Of a stretch of DNA of 64,000 bases, positions 1 to 8,715 are shown piece after piece. The number at the start of each line of letters is the position of its first letter. The first letter of the stretch is position 1. The stretch is from Candidatus Bathyarchaeota archaeon. Its GTDB lineage: Archaea; Thermoproteota; Bathyarchaeia; TCS64. The stretch is from contig CAVYVF010000023.1 in the NCBI GenBank assembly GCA_963771885.1, positions 1-64,000 on the forward strand. Reading direction: 5' to 3'. Position numbers and translations under genes: made by a program. Below the pieces are notes generated by a model. That model was not told the DNA's origin, did not search any database, and saw only the letters and a program-made list of their open reading frames with translations.

Positions 1-3
1 GGG

Positions 4-112
4 TGGTGCCGGGAATGGGAATTGAACCCATGGTCTCTATCCGGCTAAGGCACTGGTGCCTAAACCTCTGGATCATGAGTCCAGCGCATTAGCCAAGCTA
101 TGCTACCCCGGC
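4..112 (-). tRNA. tRNA-Met(CAT), elongator type, with 31-nt intron at position 43/44 (intron 37..67) and encoded CCA
   Basis: Reverse complement folds as acceptor GCCGGGG/TCCCGGC + ACCA, anticodon arm CTGGA-CTCATGA-TCCAG, T-arm ATGGG-TTCAATT-CCCAT; extra 31 nt bounded by ATCC-AGA / GGAT-AGA helix-bulge motif; TTTAAA box about 28 nt upstream. Confidence 0.93.
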
Positions 113-165
113 CCTTCTGACAGGTACACGCTTCCCTAATTTAAATCCTGATGCCCATGCCAAAC

Positions 166-1357
166 CTAGACAAGCTTGGGCTCACTGATGGCGACGGGCT
201 TTCCGCCCCGATAATAGACGCGAGGAGTCAGCGGGTTCAGCCCAACCATGAGGCTGTAGGTCATTATCCCCGCAAGATCAGCGACCTTATGCGGATCATT
301 CGCGCCCTCGCGGCCGATAGCCTCAACCACGCTTCCAACCTCCGCGTCCGTCCCATCCAAGTCGACAAGGAAGTGATTGACCGAAACCGTGCCGAGGACC
401 GGCTTCACGACCCCACCCACCTTCACGAGCCCCTTCTTCGTGAGACCCCTCGGGAAGCCATCCGAGTAGCCTATGTGAACTGTGCCTAATTTTCATCCTC
501 TTCGGGGCCGTGAATCGCCTGCTGTATGTGAGCGACTCGCCCTCCTCGACCCACTTCACCTGCTCTATCCTAGCCTTAAAGGCGAAGGCAAGCCTTAGGT
601 CTAGCCCTGTGTCACGGTCCTCAGGGTCAGGATAGAAGCCGTAGAGCATAAAGCCGGGGCGCACAGCGTCGAGGAACGTGAAAGGCCGGTGGAAAACGGC
701 GTTACCACTCGCCATACTCCGTGTCCCATACCGGATCTTAAGCCGGTCGAGCTCGCCGCTAATCGCCTTCATGCGCTCAACCTGCACCCTATCCAGCTCA
801 TCACTCTCGGACATCGTGGAGAAGAGACCCGTTATCTCAACGTTTGGCAGCTTCGAGACGTACTTGATCAGCTCGACGGCCTCACCCCAGCGGACGCCAA
901 CCCGGCCTAAACCAGTGTCAATCTTCACCCACGCGGCCGCCTTCTTCCCCAGCTTAGCCGCTGCCGCGTTGAGTGCGTCGGCCGTCGCCTTCTGGTAGAC
1001 GGTATGGGTGATTCCCCGCTTTACGACCTTCTCGTACTGCTCCTCCGCGAAGAGGGGATCCATGGAGACGACGCCGCAGTCGAGGCCAGCGTCCCGCAGC
1101 TGCTCCGCCTCCCAGAGCTTCGCCACAAGCACCCTCTTGACCCCTTGACCCATCATATGGGCGACGACGGGGACAATGCCGTGCCCGTAGGCGTTCGTCT
1201 TGACGCAGGGGATGACCTCGACGCCCACACGCCTCCTAACCTCCTCGAGGTTGTGGGTGACAGCGTCAAGGTCAACCTCAATCCAGGAGGCAAAACCTTC
1301 GATACGCTTGGCTATCTCGTTGGGTGGGGGTTGAGAGGCGAAAAACTTCTCGGCCAA
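166..1357 (-). CDS. alr: Alanine racemase (bacterial-type, fold III PLP), one frameshift near 489
   Basis: VKTNAYGHG PLP-lysine motif, KIDTGLGRVG, VRPG, GESLTYS; removing one T near 489 restores IGTVHIGYSDGFPR and joins ORF 166..426. Confidence 0.88.
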
Positions 1358-1443
1358 TTGATATCGCAGAATAGGTGGCGCTTCCCCGTTTAACGCATTC
1401 GTCCAGAGGATAAACCAAGAAATGACGATGTAGGAGCTAAGTC

Positions 1444-2709
1444 CTACTTCTTCACCGGGACGGCCTCAGCCTTCCCCTTAACCGCGCCGTGTGGCTCTGG
1501 GACCCAGAGCTGCACGACGAACAAAGCCAGAGCGGCGAACGCCGCAGCGGTAAGGAAGACCATGTTGAAGCCGAAGGCGTCAATGATGAAGCCACCAAAG
1601 ATGGAGCCGATAGTCGAGCTCTCCTGACTGATGGTCGAGTAGAGGCCCATACCAAACCCCCTCACCTGCGGGGCTAGAAGGTCAGCCGTGTAGACCCTGA
1701 TCGAGTTGATCACAACCACCGACGCAATGGCATCGAGCGCCCTGACAATGTAGATGTCGAACGAACCCTTCATCTGCGTATAGGCGAAGAGCGAGATGAC
1801 CGTCAAAACCATCCCAGCGAGGAAGGTCGGCTTCCTGCCATAGCGGTCCGCCATCCAACCCGCCACAGGAGCGAACATCAGCGTACAGATCGCCCTCAGC
1901 GCGTATACATAGCTCACAGACGACATGTCGAGCTTGAGCTCGGTCTTTAGGTAGATGCTCAGGAAAGGATCGAACATCGTGTAACCCGTCCTGTAGAGGA
2001 GAATGGAGACGAGAAGAATCAGGAACGCTGCGCCGAGAAGCTTCACCGAGCCCAGGAAACCGCCGATGCTGAGCCCTTTCCCCTTCTCACGTACCACACG
2101 CTGCTCGACCGGCAGGGTCTCCTTGACGAGGAAAATCATGCTTACGACGCTTATGACAACGAAAGCTCCTGAGAAGAGGAAATAGACAGTATAATCACTC
2201 CCCTGAATCATATAGGGGGCAGACAGCGGCCCGATAAGCTGGCCTATCCCACCCGCCATGGAGAAGAGCGCCATCATCCTGCCACGCTGCTTAGTCGGGA
2301 AGATGTCGGCGCACATTGCGCCAACAAGGACAGGCATGACGTAGAAGCCTATGCCCTCAAGGAAGCGCAATGCAAAGAATGTGTTGAAGTCCTTTCCGAG
2401 GAACGCGAAGAGGAAGAAGACGACGGCGTAGACCGCCGTCCCACCAACGAGGAGCCACTTGCGCCCGTAGTTATCGCTGAACTTACCGGCGATGAGGCCG
2501 CTGAAGACCCCCGCAAGGGTGCCTATAGAGATGAGGACACCGCTCTCAGAATTACTCATGCCATGCTCCGCGAAGAAAAGCGGTAAAACCATGTAAATCG
2601 TCGAGGCGGTGATCTGCATCGAGACCACTGATAGGATGATAAAATAGTAGTTGCGACGCTGCTGCGGCGTGGCCGTCTCATCCGGCGAATGGTCTACCCT
2701 TGTTGTCAC
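1444..2709 (-). CDS. MFS transporter
   Basis: About 12 hydrophobic segments; GKFSDNYGRK and GWMADRYGRK motif A. Confidence 0.9.
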   Translation of the reverse strand: MTTRVDHSPDETATPQQRRNYYFIILSVVSMQITASTIYMVLPLFFAEHGMSNSESGVLISIGTLAGVFSGLIAGKFSDNYGRKWLLVGGTAVYAVVFFLFAFLGKDFNTFFALRFLEGIGFYVMPVLVGAMCADIFPTKQRGRMMALFSMAGGIGQLIGPLSAPYMIQGSDYTVYFLFSGAFVVISVVSMIFLVKETLPVEQRVVREKGKGLSIGGFLGSVKLLGAAFLILLVSILLYRTGYTMFDPFLSIYLKTELKLDMSSVSYVYALRAICTLMFAPVAGWMADRYGRKPTFLAGMVLTVISLFAYTQMKGSFDIYIVRALDAIASVVVINSIRVYTADLLAPQVRGFGMGLYSTISQESSTIGSIFGGFIIDAFGFNMVFLTAAAFAALALFVVQLWVPEPHGAVKGKAEAVPVKK

Positions 2710-2833
2710 GACTCAGGTACGGGGCTACATTCCAGATATTAACATTTCGTCGAGCGTACGTATGGACACTTACTCGCTGAGAGATGTAAATATTAACAAG
2801 GGAAATAACAGTGAAAAGCACCGTATCGGGAGC

Positions 2834-4097
2834 CTAATGCCGCCCAGCCGAGGTCTCACTCGGCTTCTTACCAACGTTATGGGGGAGGTCCTTCGGCTCG
2901 GGGACCCTCAAAAAAACGACTGCCATACATATAGCGGCGGTCACCGCGCCTATAGCGAAGACTGTGCCAAAGCCATAGATATCGTAGACCCATCCACCCG
3001 CTATACTACCCATCGTACTACTCTCATCCACAAGCGTATTGTAGATCCCGTTTCCGAACGCCCTATTCTCGGGCGTCAAAAGGTCAGTCACCATGGCACG
3101 CGTCGTGGGCATCAGCACGGCGTTGCTCACCGACTCCAAGAGCCCTTATAACGAGCACCTGGTCGAAGCTGGTCACCGCGCGGTACCCAAGCATCGTGGC
3201 GACTAGAAGAGCCATACCGCCGAGGAAAGGAATCTTCCTCCCCCACTTATCCGCCATCCACCCTGCGAGAGGCGCGAAAGTCAGCGTCATGAAGGCGCGG
3301 ATGGCAAAGAACCACCCCGTGTCACCCATCGTGACGTGCAACTCCTCCGTGAGGTAGATGCTCAGGAAGGGGTTGACCATCGTGTTCCCAGTCCGATAAA
3401 ACAGAACGGCCAAGAAAAAGAAGCCAACCGCAGCACCGAGGGCACGCGTATCATGCAGTATCCCCGAGAGACTCCAAGTCTTCTTCGCCAGCCTGTCCTC
3501 ATCCGACTTCTTTTTCACTGCCTCAGGCCTAGTCTCCCTAACGAAGAAGACGACGACGAGGGTGCCGATCATGACGAAGACACCGCAGAGTATGAAGTAC
3601 GTCGTGTAGGTCGCGGCCTCGATAAAGTATCCAGCGCCGAGAGGACCCAGAAGCTGCCCGATCCCTGAGGCCATCGTATAGAGCGCCATCGCCTTCCCCC
3701 TCTGCCTCGCCGGGAAGATGTCACCCGCTATCGTCATCACGGCGACGGGGGTGATGTAGAAGCCAAGCCCCTCAATAAAGCGGAGGATAAAGAAGGTGTT
3801 AAAGTCCTTCCCCCCAAGGGCGAAGAGGAAAAAGACGGCACTGTACATCGCCATGCCCGCAATGAGCACCGGCTTGCGCCCGTGGGTGTCACTGTATCTT
3901 CCAGCGACGAAGCTGCTGATGATCCCCGCGAAAGTACCTATAGCAATCAGCACGCCGCTCTCAGTGTTTGACACACCATTCAGCTTGAAGAAAACGGGTA
4001 ACACCATGTAGATGGTGCTCGTCGTCACTTGCATCGCCACCATGGCCGCGATGACCATGTAGTAGTTACGCTTCATTTCCGCCGAGGGCTCTAGCAC
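2834..4097 (-). CDS. MFS transporter, tandem paralog of 1444..2709, frameshift near 3138
   Basis: GRYSDTHGRK and GWMADKWGRK; ORFs 3084..4097 and 2834..3139 join by removing one base. Confidence 0.85.
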
Positions 4098-4203
4098 ATT
4101 TGAAAACTCCGTGGAAATGAAGGGTTAGCGTCGAATCAGGATATAATATTTTCCGAGTGCGCAACCCTTTTACCGGATCGCCGCGCTCCATAAGTTGCAG
4201 TGG

Positions 4204-4500
4204 TGGGTAGGATCGGGGAGCCAGCCCTGCCCCGCACCCTTAACGGGCTACAAAGGGGATCAGTAACCTCTTAGGTGGCCGGGGGAAGCGTGGCGTAAGG
4301 CGCGGAGCCCCTCGTCGATGTCCTGCCCCGCGGGGCCGGCGGCTGCGTCGCACGCTCCCGTAGGGGGGCGCGCGTGCATTCGACGGGCGAACCTGGCCAG
4401 GCCCGGGAGGGAGCAACCTAAGTCTGAACGTTTGGCGCTCGCGGGAACTCGGGACGGAGGGGGGTGACGCGGACCTGCGCCACGCCATCCCGACTGCCCA
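4204..4500 (+). ncRNA. ffs: Archaeal SRP (7S) RNA
   Basis: Helix 8 motif GCCAGGCCCGGGAGGGAGCAACC; terminal helix TGGGTAG/CTGCCCA; Alu-domain loops AGCCC/GGGCT complementary; about 297 nt, GC-rich. Confidence 0.92.
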
Positions 4501-4573
4501 TAGGAGCCGCCACTGCACCTTCACCCACCTCTCATCCATATAAGCCGAAGAGAACAGTCTTCACTGACAGGGC

Positions 4574-5857
4574 TTGAGCGGAGTCAGGGACCTATTCTTC
4601 GACGAGTTCTACTCGGAGCTGGAGAGGGTCGCGGGTGAAATAGCGGCGAGGAAAGACGAGGACCAGAAACCGTCAATACTCACCGACGACGTGAGGGCGA
4701 GGTGGATACCATACGCCGGCGACGGCGAGCGCGAGGGAACGCTCATCAGCGTCGACGGGGGCATCCAGCAGAGCGACTTCGCCTACGGTGACTTCGTCGC
4801 CGCCGGACGCGCAATAGCCCTCATACACAAGCCCGGTGAGGGACGCCGCATGGAGAGGCGCGTAAAGATATACGTGGGCCAGGTCTACGAGGAGCGCGAC
4901 AAGGGAATAATCCCAAGCTACGTGCGCACCATCTGCGAATACGAGGCCGCCTACGCCGCGGCGAGAAAGGTCCTCGACGAGGGCGGACAGCCCATTGTCC
5001 TCATGGATGGCAGCCTCTACCTCGGCAGGTTCCCCTACGCCATCCGCGAGTATAGACATCACCCCGAGCTAATCATAGACCTCCTCGAGTCGATAACCCG
5101 CATGCGCAATCTCGCGCGCGACAAGGGTTTCCCGCTGGTCGGAGTCGCGAAGGACTCCTCGGTCTTCTTCCTCTACATGGAGCTCCTCAAGACCGCGGTC
5201 ATAAGGGCGGGGTTAAGCAACCTCGTGAAGCAGCTGGACGAAGCGTCCTCGCCCCTCGACCTCAGAGGCAAGATGGAGAACTGGAGCGAGAAGGAGTGGA
5301 AGCAAATGGAGCCATGGATAGAAGAGCGGCCACTATGCGACCCACTACTCGTCAAGGACTCAACCACAACACCAGGCTACACGACGCCCCTCTACCTCTC
5401 ACCCTCCATCTACTACTCCGACAACGACACGATGAGCCTCTACAGGATGGTCGACAAGCACCTGGAGGAGGAAACTGCGACGCGCGTAAAGCGCACCATC
5501 AGGGGATTCTTCTCCGCCCCCGGAGTAGCGGCGATATACTGGAAACCATCCGCCAAGGCACGCCCGTTCAGGGTGGACGTCCTCGCCAACCTACTCGGGC
5601 GACCCGAGGCATGGAACAGCCACACGCGGAACATGTTCACTGACCCAAACCCCAACCTTGAAAAGGTCCTGAACCACCTCAACCACTGGTTCTGCAACGA
5701 GGTCGAGTACAACATACCCCTCAAGCAGGCTGACACACTCGCACACTTCGATAGGGACCTCTACAAGAGAAAGTACGAGCCCTTCATAGTGCACCGCCTC
5801 GAGGATGCGGGCCTAGACGTCGAGGGAAAGCGCAGGGAGAAGAGGAACTTCGGATGA
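4574..5857 (+). CDS. nurA: DNA double-strand break repair nuclease NurA
   Basis: SVDGG, LMDGSL and GVAKDS motifs; first gene of the herA-mre11-rad50 operon. Confidence 0.85.
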   Translation: MSGVRDLFFDEFYSELERVAGEIAARKDEDQKPSILTDDVRARWIPYAGDGEREGTLISVDGGIQQSDFAYGDFVAAGRAIALIHKPGEGRRMERRVKIYVGQVYEERDKGIIPSYVRTICEYEAAYAAARKVLDEGGQPIVLMDGSLYLGRFPYAIREYRHHPELIIDLLESITRMRNLARDKGFPLVGVAKDSSVFFLYMELLKTAVIRAGLSNLVKQLDEASSPLDLRGKMENWSEKEWKQMEPWIEERPLCDPLLVKDSTTTPGYTTPLYLSPSIYYSDNDTMSLYRMVDKHLEEETATRVKRTIRGFFSAPGVAAIYWKPSAKARPFRVDVLANLLGRPEAWNSHTRNMFTDPNPNLEKVLNHLNHWFCNEVEYNIPLKQADTLAHFDRDLYKRKYEPFIVHRLEDAGLDVEGKRREKRNFG

Positions 5858-7470
5858 AAGAGTACGGCAGCATCATAGGGCAAAGCGACCCCACGTGGTT
5901 CGAGTTCAACATAATGGATCCCAAAAACCGCCCAGTCAGCTACGAATACGTCGAGGTCGAGGTGGAGGAACCCCAGCAAGACGGCTCGATGAGAAGCATA
6001 CGCGTCCTGGGGCAGGTAAAGAGGATAACGAGCCGCCACCCCTTCTACGATGAGAGGACGACGCCCGACGCCGCGAGGAAGATGGGGGAGCTGGGCATAG
6101 ACGATGACCTCATCCAGGTATTCGCCCACGCGAAGGTGCTCGGCTACCTCCACGACGAGGGAGGGAGAAGCGACGTCCGCAGACCCCGCAGCCCACCGAT
6201 GCCCGGATCGCCAGTCTACCGCGCCTCAGACGAGATTCTGCAACGCCTGTTCACCCTCGGCGAGGGCGAGATACCCCTAATGGTGGGCAACCTTCTACAC
6301 AGAGAGGGGATACGTGTCCCAGTGAGCGGCAAGGAACTCCATAGGCATACAGCGATCCTAGCCATGACGCGATACGGCAAGAGCTACTTCGCTGGGCGCA
6401 TCATAGAGCAGCTTCTCAGACAAGGCGCATCCATACTCGTCATCGACGCCCACGGCGACTACGCCAACATGACGCAGGACACCGACGGCGCCGAGCACGA
6501 GTACTTCCGCGACAAAGTCACCGTCTACCGCCCCGAGGCCGCCGAGGCATTCGACGCGCCCCACGTCAATCCACTTCACATAGGCGTGAGCCAGTGCACA
6601 ACCGGAGAACTATGCAGGCTAGCCCACGTCACAGGCAGCCTGCAGAGGATACTCCTCGCCAAGGCCGTAAAGGAAGCGAAGGCACGCAAGAAGCTCTACG
6701 GCCTCCAAGACATCATAGACGTCCTATACGAACAACTCGAGGAGAACGACGAGGAGGAGGCGCTGGAGGCAAAGAAAAAGAAGAAGGGCAAAGGGGACGC
6801 CTCACGCGTCGCACGCATCATAGAGCACCTCGAAGGCCTCGCCGAGAGAAACATCTTCAGCGAAGGCGAACTACCCATCAAGGAGTTCTTCGCCCCCATG
6901 CACATGAGCGACATCTTCCTCAGCGGCATATCCGACGACGAGCAGGACGTCCTCGTCGGCATGATACTGCGCCGCGTCTTCCAAATCAAGTACAGACACG
7001 AGGAGAAACTGCCACTCTTCATCTTCGTCGAGGAGGCGCACAGGTTCGCGGCGCCACCCGACGAAGGCGGAGGCAGATTCAGCAGAGACATACTCGCACG
7101 CATAGCCGCAGAGGGAGCTAAATTCGGCGTATTTCTCACAGTCATCAGCCAACGCCCACGCCGGATCGACCCTGACATACTCAGCAACTGCAGCAACCTC
7201 GCCATACTACGCGTCGTCAACAGCACCGACCAGAACACTATACAGGCAGCATCTGAATCATTCAGCGAGGACCTGCTGGCTGACTTGCCAGCACTTGAGC
7301 AAGGTGAGGCGGTACTCGTCGGCCCCTTCGTCCCCGTGCCCGTCATGATCAAGACAGCTAAGCGCGAAACACGTCACGGCGGGCGCACCCCCGAGATCGC
7401 GGACCTCCTAAGACAAGCCCGCGAGGACGCAGAGATTAAGAGAAAGAGGGACGCGTTCCCACTCCACTAG
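5854..7470 (+). CDS. herA: HerA helicase/translocase
   Basis: N-terminal HAS barrel, RHTAILAMTRYGKS Walker A, IDAHGDY, FVEEAHRF Walker B, SQRP. Confidence 0.9.
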   Translation: MKEYGSIIGQSDPTWFEFNIMDPKNRPVSYEYVEVEVEEPQQDGSMRSIRVLGQVKRITSRHPFYDERTTPDAARKMGELGIDDDLIQVFAHAKVLGYLHDEGGRSDVRRPRSPPMPGSPVYRASDEILQRLFTLGEGEIPLMVGNLLHREGIRVPVSGKELHRHTAILAMTRYGKSYFAGRIIEQLLRQGASILVIDAHGDYANMTQDTDGAEHEYFRDKVTVYRPEAAEAFDAPHVNPLHIGVSQCTTGELCRLAHVTGSLQRILLAKAVKEAKARKKLYGLQDIIDVLYEQLEENDEEEALEAKKKKKGKGDASRVARIIEHLEGLAERNIFSEGELPIKEFFAPMHMSDIFLSGISDDEQDVLVGMILRRVFQIKYRHEEKLPLFIFVEEAHRFAAPPDEGGGRFSRDILARIAAEGAKFGVFLTVISQRPRRIDPDILSNCSNLAILRVVNSTDQNTIQAASESFSEDLLADLPALEQGEAVLVGPFVPVPVMIKTAKRETRHGGRTPEIADLLRQAREDAEIKRKRDAFPLH

Positions 7471-8715
7471 GTGTCCCGCATGCGCTTCGCTGTCCTCGCC
7501 GACCTCCACATCGGGAGGAGCATACCTCTCGCCATAGCTGAGCACCGGCGAGAGGCCTTCGAAAGGGCACTGACTAAGGCTGTTGACGCCATAGTCGCGT
7601 CCGGCGTTGACTACGTCTTCATCTGCGGCGACCTATTCGAGAGGCGCACCCTCCGCCCACACATGGTGGAGTTCACCCAGAGAGAGTTATTCCGCCTCGT
7701 GAAGGAGACGGAGGCCAAGCATAAGCGCAGCATCTGCATCCTCGTAATAAGGGGCAACCACGACGGGCGCAGCCAAAGCGACACCCTCGACTACATCAGA
7801 CACCCACTCGCCGGATACCTTCACGTCTTCGGCGACGATGCCATCACCTACGACGACGACCGCATCCACGTCGTCGGCCTCAACTACTACGACCAGATAG
7901 ACATCGCCTATGAGAGGCTGGCGAAGCCCGCCCTCGGAAAGGGAAAGGGCGTCAAGGTCCTCATGCTCCACGGCTTCGTCGCCAACTACAACGATGTACC
8001 CCCCGGGGACAGCAGCCTCAGCCTCGACCAGCTAGCCACCTCTGGCGCCGACTACGTCTTCACCGGCCACTACCATAAGAAATGCGAGCCAAAGAAGCTC
8101 AACGGCAACGGCTGGGTAGCCACACCCGGGAGCACCGAGGTCTACGACTTCGCAGAGGAGCCCGAGAAGGGCTTCTACATAGTAGACACCGAGGGGCCAA
8201 AGTGGAGTTGGGTGCCCATCGAGCCCCTCCACGTGATGCGACAGACTAAGGTCAGCAACGGACGCGTCGCTGACCCGAAGTGGTACGAGGCGGAGGCAAT
8301 CAAGGTGCTCAAGGGCTTCACCGACGAGCTCCACGCCCAACACAAACAGGGATACATCAGGATCAAGCTCGAGGGCACGCTAAGCGAGGGGTGGCCAACC
8401 GACGTGAGCGAGGACAGGATACGGGAAGCCGCCCCAGACCCCCACTTACTCTGGGTCGACGTAGACACCCTTGAACTGAACCTCCCCCCCAGCGTAGCAC
8501 GCCCGATGGCGGAGAACACCGACGTCGCCGAATACTTCCGCGACTTCAAGGGCTTCGCCGAAGACATAAGAGAAGTCCACGGCCGCGTCCGCGAATCACT
8601 TGAAGAGGAGGCGAGCACGAAGACCGGCCTCCTAACCGCGACGCAGCGGGCGGAGTTCATCTCCGAGTGGGTGCGCAGACTCGAGGCAAAGACCTTCAGG
8701 GAGGCGAAGCCATGA
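7471..8715 (+). CDS. mre11: Mre11 nuclease (metallophosphoesterase)
   Basis: ADLHIG, GDLFE, GNHD, LHG and GHYH motifs; operon context. Confidence 0.9.
   Translation: MSRMRFAVLADLHIGRSIPLAIAEHRREAFERALTKAVDAIVASGVDYVFICGDLFERRTLRPHMVEFTQRELFRLVKETEAKHKRSICILVIRGNHDGRSQSDTLDYIRHPLAGYLHVFGDDAITYDDDRIHVVGLNYYDQIDIAYERLAKPALGKGKGVKVLMLHGFVANYNDVPPGDSSLSLDQLATSGADYVFTGHYHKKCEPKKLNGNGWVATPGSTEVYDFAEEPEKGFYIVDTEGPKWSWVPIEPLHVMRQTKVSNGRVADPKWYEAEAIKVLKGFTDELHAQHKQGYIRIKLEGTLSEGWPTDVSEDRIREAAPDPHLLWVDVDTLELNLPPSVARPMAENTDVAEYFRDFKGFAEDIREVHGRVRESLEEEASTKTGLLTATQRAEFISEWVRRLEAKTFREAKP

Noticed and set aside
4..112. tRNA-Ile2 or initiator tRNA; tRNA as an integration site
   Set aside because: The acceptor stem GCCGGGG fits elongator Met (no A1-U72 pair); no integrase or duplicated tRNA 3' end was seen, though the tRNA 3' flank lies outside the window
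4204..4500. RNase P RNA as the identity of the GC-rich RNA
   Set aside because: No GAGGAAAGTCC or ACAGAA P4 motifs; the SRP helix 8 motif is present
4240..4539. 99-aa Arg/Pro-rich ORF
   Set aside because: Antisense shadow of the SRP RNA
4574..7470. NurA-HerA as an anti-phage defence pair
   Set aside because: Directly coupled to mre11-rad50, the standard archaeal end-resection operon
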